Source of the DNA: Octopus sinensis
Taxonomy: Eukaryota
Direction of reading: 5' to 3'
Assembly: GCF_006345805.1 (NCBI RefSeq)
Contig: NC_043004.1
Span: forward strand, 49,910,001-49,974,000
DNA: 64,000 nt
Shown: one piece after another, positions 53,097-64,000 of the stretch
How the letters are laid out: each line of letters opens with the position of its first letter
Position numbering within the stretch: the stretch's first letter is position 1
Program-made: the position numbers and the translations under genes
The notes under the pieces: model-generated
What the model was told of the DNA's origin: nothing
What the model saw: only the letters and a program-made list of their open reading frames with translations
The model's database searches: none

Positions 53097-53098
53097 AT
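51536..53098. repeat. (GAAA)n/(GGAA)n polypurine microsatellite
   Basis: Read directly from the sequence. It is the source of the spurious F/S/L-rich and K/E/R-rich ORFs. Confidence 0.97.
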
Positions 53099-53919
53099 AA
53101 ACACATTTGACAAATGAAATACGAGACTTTGATGCTCGTCATGGTCAAAAGTCCGTCCGCGAGACTTTCTGAATGGTAGACCTAACGAAAAGATACCTTG
53201 AATGTTTTTTCCGGTGGTGCGGTCCGCCTGATGTGCCGAATGATATGCAACGCTCTTCTCGAAAATGGCTTTCCATGCCTGCTCTGCATGGTCGTTTAAC
53301 CTGTTAGAAACGGCAGCCAAATCTTCCTTGTATCACATTTCTACTCTCGTAATTCGGAGTGTAGTTTGGGTGGCACAAATAGGACACATGCCTTGGGCGC
53401 CACTTTGAAAGGGCACGATTTTGGCCAAGATAATTTTCTAATTAAGCCATTTCTATGCGAGTTTCCACATTTTGGTTGGGTGGTAGGGAGCAATTTTGAT
53501 ACTTGCCCTGGGCGCCATTTACCCTAGCTACACCCCTGCTCGTAATAAATGAAGGACACATGGGAAAAAAAAAAGACGGGATGGCCACGGATGAAATCTT
53601 TCCACTGTTGGTTTACTTACCTCTAACAGGGGAAATGATCTCAACTCTTATGTGATATAACTCTTATGATCGCTTTGCCTGTTTTGCGTATCACATGTGA
53701 TAAACAGGACATGTTACCCTGGCATCGATGTATTCCTAATATTTTTTCAGCCACCAGTGAAACTTGAGACGTATAAAAGGTGAGATTCAGAGCGTATGAA
53801 ACAATATGGACACACACACATACATAACATGCGCACGGGAATACTCACACAGACTCATACGCATAGACAAACTCAAACACGCACACACAATGAAGCAGAG
53901 ATACACGCATTAGCACTCA

Positions 53920-54268
53920 CATTACACACACACACACATACATACATGCATACATACAGACATACATACATATATACATACATACATGCATACATACATA
54001 CACACATACATACATACACACATGCATACACACACACACACATACATACATACATACATACTACATACATACATACATACAACATACATGCATACATACA
54101 TACACACATACACACACACATACATACATACAGACAGACAGACAGAAACACACAAGCATGGACACATACACAAATACATGAATATGCAGGGTACACACAC
54201 ACACACACACACACACACAATACATACATACATACATACATACACACACTCACACACACACAATACAT

Positions 54269-54305
<37 letters not shown>

Positions 54306-54374
54306 ATACATACATACATACATACATACATACTACATACACACACACACACACACAACACACACACAATACAT

Positions 54375-54414
<40 letters not shown>

Positions 54415-56280
54415 ACATACATACATACAGACAGAAACACACACATACATACATACATACATACAGAGAGACAGACAGAAACACACAAGCATGGACACAT
54501 ACACAAATACATGAATATGCAGGGTACACACCACACACACACACACCACACACACAATACATACATACATACATACACACACATACATACATACATACAC
54601 ACTCACACACATACATACATACATACATACATACATACATACATACATACATACATACACACACACACATACATACATACATACATACATACATACATAC
54701 ACACACACATACATACATACATACATACAGACAGACAGACAGAAACACACAAGCATGGACACATACACAAATACATGAATATGCAGGGTACACACACACA
54801 CACACACACACATACATACATACATACATACATACATACATACATACATACATACATACATACATACACACATACATACATACATACATTCATACATACA
54901 TACATAAGCACACGCGCACGCTGGCATGCACGCACAAATGCACGCAACAAAGCAAACAAACGCGGCCTCTGTAACGGATTTAGACACTGAGAAGGCTGCA
55001 AGAAGCAACGAAAGAGCTGTGACAAAGCAAAAACAAAACAATCGGATATTTAATAATTGAGTGGAATTGAACCAGTGTGTGTGTGTGTGTTAATTATATT
55101 GGCATAATGACCCTCCCTAGACACTACAAAAGTACGAAACGATGGTCAACTAAAAAAAGTCTGAAAACAAGCATATATATATATATATCTGTGTGTGCGT
55201 GTGCGTGTGCGTGCGTGTGCGTGTGCGTGCGTGTGTGTGTAACTAAAGCCTGAGAGACCAAAGAATGATAGATGTCGCTAACGCATCAATGATTTACAAT
55301 AGAATGATCTTATTTCAAAAGATTTTATGTAACAGTGAGTGTACCATTACATGCATATATCCACACACATACACACATTTACTCATACATACATACATAC
55401 ATATACATACATACATACACACACATACATACATACATACACACTCACACACATACATACATACATACATACATACATACATACATACATACATACATAC
55501 ATACCACACACACATACATACATACATACATACATACATACATACATACACACACACATACATACATACATACATACATACAGACAGACAGACAGAAACA
55601 CACAAGCACGGACACATACACAAATACATGAATATGCAGGGTACACACACACACACACACACAATACATACATACATACATACATACATACATACATACA
55701 TACATACATACATACATACATACATACACACATACATACATACATACATTCATACATACATACATAAGCACACGCGCACGCTGGCATGCACGCACAAATG
55801 CACGCAACAAAGCAAACAAACGCGGCCTCTGTAACGGATTTAGACACTGAGAAGGCTGCAAGAAGCAACGAAAGAGCTGTGACAAAGCAAAAACAAAACA
55901 ATCGGATATTTAATAATTGAGTGGAATTGAACCAGTGTGTGTGTGTGTGTTAATTATATTGGCATAATGACCCTCCCTAGACACTACAAAAGTACGAAAC
56001 GATGGTCAACTAAAAAAAGTCTGAAAACAAGCATATATATATATATATCTGTGTGTGCGTGTGCGTGTGCGTGCGTGTGCGTGTGCGTGCGTGTGTGTGT
56101 AACTAAAGCCTGAGAGACCAAAGAATGATAGATGTCGCTAACGCATCAATGATTTACAATAGAATGATCTTATTTCAAAAGATTTTATGTAACAGTGAGT
56201 GTACCATTACATGCATATATCCACACACATACACACATTTACTCATACATACATACATACATACATACATACATACATAC
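53920..56280. repeat. (TACA)n/(CA)n compound repeat with an ~860-bp tandem duplication
   Basis: CGCGGCCTCTGTAACGG occurs at 54961 and 55821. A ~55-bp core AGAAACACACAAGCA[T/C]GGACAC recurs four times. Confidence 0.92.
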
Positions 56281-56993
56281 ATGGACGAATAGCCGGATTA
56301 CTACCTCTCACTTTGAAGCGTGTGCGTTTGCCATCCATGAACAGGAAATATCAACCAAGTACCTGATGCACAAAAGGGATAGAGATGCAGGAAAAGCCGT
56401 AAAATGTGACAACCGATGTGAAGTTCACACTGAAGATTTCATCCACATCATAAGCAGTTGTCCGAAAATGTCACCACGGTTTTATCTATCGATGAGACAT
56501 GACGTTGTAGCTAGGACACTCTATAATGAACTCCGTCGAAACAATAATCCCGAGGACAAAGAAATAAGAAACCACAATATGGTAGAATCCATAGCCGGTC
56601 ATAATAAAAAGGAATATTGGTGGAACGTACCAGTGAAGACCTCAGTAAAATGTAAGCAAAACAGACCTGATATAATGATTAGGGATTGAGAAGAGAAACT
56701 GCACAGTGGTGGAAATTAGTTGTCCAGTGGATGTTAACATAAAGCTGAAGATCAGTGAAAAAGAGAACGCCTATGCTGAACTATTGAAACATTTGTAGTT
56801 CCTCTATCCTGATTACACGTTCAAGTCTATACCTGTAATCATTGGGGCCCTGGAATATGTAACACACTGCCTAAATACCAATCTTATGAAATTAGGCTTC
56901 TCAAAACCGAAAAGGAGAAAGCTAATTTAAAGACTACAGATCCAATCCATCACTGTAAAAATCTGCAAAACTTTCAAGAAGTTTATCATTTAA
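56281..56993 (+). mobile_element. 5'-truncated non-LTR retrotransposon with restriction-like endonuclease (R4/Dong-like)
   Basis: CCHC-like knuckle C..EDFIHIISSC..RHD, followed by RPDIMI..VVEISCP..K (PD-(D/E)xK RLE) and IPVIIGAL, with stops and frameshifts. Confidence 0.8.
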
Positions 56994-58695
56994 ATATATA
57001 TGTACCATGAATCCTCGAATATAGTCCGCCCTTGAGTATAACACGCAGGGGAATTTTAGGGGTCTGTACCTCTGAAAAACCTAAACCTTGTGTATAATAC
57101 GCACCCCTTCTCTAACTTGAGTCAAGGAGGTCTATATAACGTCCTTGGTTTGTAAAAATTTATACGGTAACATCCTTTATTATTGCCTTCTTGCCTTCTT
57201 TATCTTTGGCATCTGTTTAATTTCATCTTTATTTCTTCTCTATAACCTGACATTGCTTTCGTCAACATAAAATTTTCTCCCGGCGGCCCTATTACCATGC
57301 TCTTCAGCATATGATATAAATTCAAGTTTAAACATAGCTGAATAAGATCTACGAGGCATTTTATTGGCCTGTAATGTATAAAATGTTTTATTGGAGGTTA
57401 ATGTACAGGTTTAAGTCCCGCTTATAAAATACCCTAGTAGTTCAAACATTTAATACTGGTATTTAATTAAGTATCTATTGTTTGCCACAGTAATGATGTA
57501 ACTGCCAATACAAACAACAGAATGAACTATTTAGCGCTAAACTATTAAGCAAAATTCGTGCGTAATTAAGCCAGCAGCACCTAGTCGAACAAACACTTAC
57601 GCGCATGCGTAATACAATAATAGTGATGTTCTTAACTGTTATATGGGAATGTAAATATGTTTGCAAATTGTTTTTGTTACATGTTATTCTGTGTTCTGAA
57701 TACTTTTATTTTAATAAATGTTGCTTACTGCAAGTTATGGATGATTCTTTTATGACTTCATTGCTGTCAGGCTTGTCTGAGAATTGCGCCCGACATCACA
57801 AAATGCATCTGAATAAACATTGCCGGACATCAAATAGAAACTCGGACATTGCTTAGAAAATATTTTTCATTTTAACCTCGTATAGAGTACGCACTAGGGA
57901 TTTTGACCTTTAAATTATGGGACAAAAATGCGGATTATACTCCAGGATTTTCGGTATGTCTAGATATGTAACCACATGCGTGGGAATACATACTAAAAAC
58001 ATACAAATCTGTACATACATACATACATACATACATACATACGTACATACGTACATATGTACATAAGTACATAATTACATAAGTACATAATTACATAAGT
58101 ACATAATTACATAAGTACATACCAAAATACCCTATTGTTGATGTTGAAATTCCAATGAAGGAACCTTGGATCTCGGTTAGAAATGGATTCTTTCTGTATT
58201 GAGAAGAAATCTTGAAATAAACTGAATAATGACATACATACGTACGTACGTGCACGCATGTACTAAACATGGTGACCATTATGGTCAGTCCGATTCTCAG
58301 ACGTGTGTAATTACTGCTCATATTATAACAGCGTACCTAATATTGGAACGGTAAGATTACATACGAATATTTCTACATGAGTGTTTTAAAGATTACATAT
58401 ACAGTAGTATATCTATATAAATGATACATAGATCTTTAACACATTTATATAAACACAGCGCCATAGCGTTACATACATAAAGAAATGAGTCAAGGTTTCA
58501 AAACAATTTACGAAAAATACAAACACCCTGAAGTGTGTACGTTTAAATGCAAATTTAGAATTAGAAACAAGCTAAAAAGTAAGATTACCCAAACTGTGAA
58601 CAGCTTTAAATTTAATTCTAACAAAACTTTACCGAAACTTTTAAAGATGATAATTACCTATTTTGAAAAACAAAAGTTCGTTATTATTATCATTA

Positions 58696-59952
58696 TATCA
58701 GGCTTAGTAAGAAGTAAACAACGTTTTGAAGCATGAAATTCATCACAATATATTTCATCAATGCGGTAATTTTATTCATCAAAGTAAATGCCATTACAAT
58801 CAACACAACATTTTTGCCAATGAGTTACAAGTTTGTTTATTCCGGTAACATAAAAATCTTTCAGCCTCAGTTTGATTTCTGAACTCCTTCTCTCGCAGGA
58901 AACCATCAAGTTGCTTGAAAAAGTGGTAGTCGGTAGGAGAAGGTTCTGGGGAATAAGCTGGGTGGGAAAGAACTCGAAGACAAGTTCCCTCAACTTCTGG
59001 TGCGTCATTAGTGAAACGTGTAGTCGAACATCGTCATGAAAAGGGATTGGCCCTCAGTCTGGGGCGGAGGAGCAGCAGGTTTTCGTTTATTTTGACAATT
59101 TCATGGTAATATGTTTCCGCAGTAATGGTTTTTTCCGGGTTTTAAGAAGTTATAGTGGACGAGTCCAGCAGTATACCATCAAACAGTCATAACATTCTTT
59201 TTGAAGACCTCGGGTTTAGGGAAGGTTTTCGGTGCTTTATTTGGGTCCAGCCACTGTGAAGAACGTTTTTTAATATTGTGCAGAATCCACTTTTCATCGC
59301 AATTTACAATACGGTCGAGAAATGGTTCGGTCTGGTTACGGGGAAGAAGCGACGAGCAAATTTCATATCTGCGCATTTTCTGATTTTCATTCAAATCGTG
59401 TGGTACCCATTTGTCGAGCTTTTTTGAATTTCTGATCGCATGCAAATGGTTGCCGGCAGTTTTCTGGCTAACTTGAAGTTCTTTTGCCAGCTCTCGAGTG
59501 GTTGTACGTGGATCTTTCTCAATGACGGTCTTTAATTGACCATCATCGATGACAGATGGACGTTCACTTCACTAACGATCTTTAAGACTCAGTACTCCAC
59601 TGCGAAATCGTTTAAACCATTTTTGAGCTGACCACTCACTGGTCGTTTCCTCATCAAACGTTTCGTTGATATCGCGAGCAGTTTCAGCTGCTTTACGTCC
59701 TTATTTTGAAGTTGAATAGCAAAATTGCTCGAATATCGCGCTTTGACAGTTCCATTTCAGATGATTGTAACAATGGTGAAAAAATATATCAATGTTAATT
59801 TATTGATGCATTTGGGCAAGTCTATGCCTGAATTATCAGACAATTGTGAAAAATGTTAAAAAAAAAAAAAAAGAACATTCAAAACTCTGCAAAAATCCGG
59901 TACTAATTCTTCATGATTCAAAACGTTGCTTATTTTTTTACTCAACCCGATA
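58696..59952 (-). mobile_element. Degenerate full-length mariner
   Basis: Diverged ~30-bp TIRs, about 1.26 kb long. Motifs KLDKWVPHDL and RIVNCDEKWI, plus an N-terminal HTH (KAAETARDIN..WFKRF). Confidence 0.85.
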
Positions 59953-60483
59953 TATTATTTTAGTGAATAGCCAAAGTCATCATGGATAAACGTATAAGTC
60001 TCCTTCAACCTAATCGCGACTACAATCACTGTATATAATGAACTTACGAACTTGCCAAAAATTTATATGAGGCATATATGCAAACTGACCCCTAGAAGGC
60101 TAAAAGACATTGTGGAACTCTAAACACCAAGCATTAGATTTTTTTCACCCAAAACAATTAAACGAATTAACGAAACGTATTATCAGATGTAAATTTATAC
60201 ATCTAACCAATAGATATCCAATTCATAGTAACTAACCATTGAAGATAGTCATCCTTCTTCCACTGATGGACAGAAAGAACGGTCAGCTGAAATTCAGTAA
60301 ATTAGAATTAGCAGCAGTAAATGAAATCGCTAACATATTTGAAGACCATAAGGGTAGAGGTATGAAAACAACCTACGATAACATTAACCACTTGATATAT
60401 GTCTTAGCGCATCGAAGAGAGCTGACGCTACGGAATCGAGATTCGAGCAGAAAGCCTGAACCAGGGTAAGCACATAATTTAAA

Positions 60484-61551
60484 TTATAAATTTTGACTCC
60501 TGCGAAGAAGTATCTTACAGATTTCGACACCGTCATTGTTCAGGACCCGACTATAGTTCTTCACCTGCTCGGTAAGTTCCCTAATAGCCTGCAGAGTGTC
60601 CGCCTGAGTGGAATCAGGCTGCTGAAATGAAGCTACGACTGTTGAGGGAGAACGTGAAACAGCAGCCAATTTGTTGTCCGCAGTTCCATTTCCAGTGTAC
60701 TCCAAAATTCTATCGGCAGACAAGGCCAACTGGTCGATGGGAGTGACGTCCATGCTAGAGGTGAGTATCCCCTGCACGTGCGAAGGCAAACAGGAGAAGA
60801 AGAGCTGTTTTAGCAAGGAGTTGTCTTTGGAAGAATCCTCGGTGAGCTCTCTCATTCTGCGCAGCTGCTGAGTCGGCGTCCTGCCATCCAAATATTTGTC
60901 ACAAATTAGCGTGCGGAAACGCTTAGTCTCGGGTACGGCCGTCCTGTGAATAATCTCTCTCTTGACGGATGAATACGTGGCATCTTTAGCAGTGTTAATG
61001 ATGATATCCTTGAGACTATTCGCTAGTGATGGAGGGATGGAACTCAGTAGAACATGCAGTTGCAGCCGCTCGGACGAACTGTCACTCGCCGCAAAGTACG
61101 AGTCCAACTGAGAAAATCAGAGCCGCACATCACCACTAAAAGCTGGTAACGGTGACTGAAGTCATTGTGACTGAAGTCGAAATTGACAGAAACAAACAGG
61201 CGCAGTCCGACAAAATCTTCGTGACTCGTAGTCTCACTCCAAATTTGTATATTAGAACCTACAAGAGGAAATCGAAGAATGTTGAGCAATGGCGGCGAGA
61301 GGGCAAAATCCAGGCGAAAACGAGGCAAAGCATTAGGATGCATGCGTGAAGCACATGGTCAAGCAATGGAGACGAAAGACATCCGCCATGTTGTAAATAA
61401 CAGAATCTTCACGCACGTGGGTGTTGAAAAGGAGAACGAACTATTTAAAATACTTTTTTTTTTGTTTTAACGCGTAACTCCTGCATTTTTTTTTTTTTTT
61501 CGTTTTTTAAGGAAACTATCCGGCAGATAGTTTCCAACGTCGGGGTCACCA
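60484..61551 (-). mobile_element. Ty3/gypsy LTR retrotransposon 5' remnant (gag fragment plus PBS)
   Basis: The gag-like ORF reads FSQLDSYFAA..YSSVKREII..DGRTPTQQLRRMREL..LKQLF..LP..VQGIL..LALSADRI. The PBS TGGTGACCCCGACGT (61551-61537) is complementary to the 3' end of tRNA-Trp. Confidence 0.8.
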
Positions 61552-62820
61552 CTTTAGCGAGCTTTTAGTCCACTAATTTAATATAATGTTCGGTCATACT
61601 TCGATAGCTGTAGGAGTTAATCCAGTGAGGAACAACAACAACTCGCATGAGTTTTCGAAGACTTCATGTACATGGAGTATTTATTCCGATCCGGAATGAG
61701 AGCATTTTACACAGCTTGTATATTAACATTCAACAGAACAGAATAGAAGTTGAATAAGAAAAGGTTTATGTCTTGCCGCCTTCCATGAATGGTATAGATT
61801 TAACAAAATTCAAATGAACGCGGGGTTGTCCCGTAGTAGGAACAGAGACGTAGTTAGCTGCAGGCCGCGTGGAAGAGGAGACGAGGGTGTTACTTGGCTG
61901 TGCGCGTCTTTTTATATCTATCTAACGAGCGCCACCTAGTTGTTAACGATGTGACAGGGATGATAACTCCAGATGACTCTTATTAAAACATGACGACACT
62001 GGATTCAAATAAGGTTGCCTACAAACGTATAAAGTTGATATCTCAGCTACTAGGAGGTAAGACCCTTCCAACCTCTTGTATGCAGTGGAGAATGGAATTG
62101 AGATAACAGTCGACCCACAAAGAATATCTTTTGGTCTCTCCAATATACCTATTTTTCTAGCTAGTTTTGTATAGTTATAAATACAAAAACTCCGTAAGCC
62201 AAAGTCAGTTAGTGAGAATCGAGTCTGGCTGACCGGCTGAACGAAATGCCGTCAACGGAATGAAAAGGCACAGCAAGACAACTATGGTATCTCACAAAAC
62301 GAAGCAGTTGTTTCGTCCCACCATTCCCACTTCTACTGGCTCACTTTCTTTTCTCTACAACATCACCATTTCTATCTTTGATTTACTACTACACAATGAC
62401 GAGAACACACTCTATACAAGGAAAATATACGATATCTCTCTTTACTTCGCATGCTTTACGAATTATATTTTGCCAGCCTGTCGCGGTTTGGCTACAACAA
62501 CATGTAACAGTGTTTACAACATCGATCACTGTTCTTTAATCTTGCACATCTGCAACATCAACACCCGTTACAATTGGTAACTGCCGACCACCAACATATA
62601 TCATTACATAAACCGTTACACCAGCAACACTTCCAATACTGAAAAATACACCACAAGCGCTCATAATCAACTCTGAAGCTAAACCTGCTGCCTTCTTGTC
62701 TCTATCTTGTTCCACTCCACCGACAGAATGAGGTAAAAGACGAAGCTCGATCAAGACTTGAAGCTGCTCTTGTTGGTGGCTCTGTGATATCTCTGGATAT
62801 TTGATATTTATTTCAACTCA

Positions 62821-62887
62821 GAAAAAAGGAAAGAAAAGAAGGAAGGAAGGAAGGAAGGAAGGAAGGAAGGAAGGAAGGAAGGAGGAA

Positions 62888-62920
<33 letters not shown>

Positions 62921-63133
62921 GAAGAAAGAAGAAAGAAAAAGAAAGAAAGGAAGGAAGGAAGGAAGGAAGGAAGGAAGGAAGGAAGAAAGAAAGAAAGAAA
63001 GAAAGAAGGAAGGAAGAAAGAAAGAAAGAAAGAAAAAGACAAAGAAAGAAAGAAAGAAAAAAGAAGGAAAAAGAGAAAGAAAGAAAAAGAGAAGGAAGGA
63101 AAAAGACAAAGAAAGAAAGAAGGAAGGAAAAAG

Positions 63134-63172
<39 letters not shown>

Positions 63173-63272
63173 AAAAGAGACAGGAAGAAGAAAGAAAGAA
63201 AGAAAGAAAGAAGGAAAGAAAGAAGGAAAGAAAGAAAGAAAGAAAGAAAGAAAGCAAGAAAGGAAGAAAGAA
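62821..63272. repeat. (GAAA)n/(GGAA)n microsatellite
   Basis: Read directly from the sequence. Confidence 0.97.
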
Positions 63273-64000
63273 GACTGTATTTGATGTCTGGAATGGTCAT
63301 CAGATTGCCCGAATGTATAAGGAAGATAGGCATTACACTTAAGTCAGAATTCTGCGCGGTGAATACCGATATTGCACAGTTCTTGATGGTTACATTGTTT
63401 TTGGTACCAGCTTTTAGATTTCATGAAATAGTCTCAGAAGCACGCGTCGAAACCAAATACGTTGATGGATTCCATCGACTAAGCCAATAACTTAGAAGTA
63501 TTTTCCACCAAATAGTTTGCTTTATATGTCAAATATGGTATAACTCTTAATCTTGAAAAAATTCTCTTTATTACAGATGAAATAAACATTTTGGGTTTTG
63601 GAATACAACTGTACAATGTCCATCCGTGAATACTGACAGAAAATCAAGGATTTTCCTGCCACTAATGAAAGCTCTGGCTGTAGCTGTTATCCTCGATAAA
63701 GACAGATATTTTGTCCCATGATGAGATAATATCTTTGTTACTGTTTGCAATAATCCCCTTTATTTAGAATATTTGTTGATAAATCACGTGAGAATATAAC
63801 AAACATAAGACTGAGATATTTAAAAGAGGACACTGCGCTACAAATCCCGTATGGTCCGCACATACATTACAACAACAAAAGATACCACTTGCAAATGACC
63901 TTTCTCACCGCCAATCATGAAGTGTTTAATTTGGGAGATAATAGGTCTTCCACCACAAAATAAATATGTCATCAGTATGACCAATGTCTTGAACTTACAT

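Noticed and set aside
51509-53148. 603-aa and 544-aa F/S/L-rich ORFs
   Set aside because: These are translations of (TTTC)n/(TTCC)n microsatellite.
53796-55901. H/T/Y/I-rich and M/Y/V/C-rich ORFs
   Set aside because: These are translations of (TACA)n/(CA)n repeats.
58055-58118. CRISPR-like or regulatory short repeat (ACATAAGTACATAATT x4)
   Set aside because: It is a simple 16-bp minisatellite with no spacers, in a eukaryotic context.
62220-64000. Possible further receptor exon or host gene on either strand
   Set aside because: All frames have frequent stops, there are no GRL motifs, and I found no convincing splice pairs.

Overview
AT-rich, microsatellite- and transposon-dense eukaryotic genomic DNA. 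The repeat families resemble those of Octopus; this assignment is from memory of the families, not a database search. The only host gene I can support is a + strand gustatory-receptor-like (GRL / 7TM ion channel superfamily) locus with an unusual layout. Four tandem large paralogous exons (V1 7620-8741, V2 16612-17688, V3 26484-27434, V4 32927-33876 with frameshifts) each encode the N-terminus through about TM6 and end at the same phase-0 donor (..Q[VL]A|GTAYGT). Only one set of three small phase-0 C-terminal exons follows (41324-41395, 41936-42022, 45952-46071), encoding the intracellular loop and TM7 with an SYGVIVFQ motif. This suggests a variable-exon/constant-exon receptor array of about 400-aa isoforms with different ligand pockets and one shared pore. 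By hand count the young V3/V4 pair differs by about 30 nonsynonymous versus 3 synonymous changes, concentrated in predicted extracellular regions. A fifth variable exon may lie in the 100-N gap at 36608-36707. The rest is transposon-derived: Penelope-like fragments (several with hammerhead ribozyme motifs), Helitrons, mariners, MITEs, SINEs, a solo LTR, a gypsy gag remnant with a tRNA-Trp primer-binding site and an RLE non-LTR fragment. Most ORFs in the supplied track are microsatellite artefacts.
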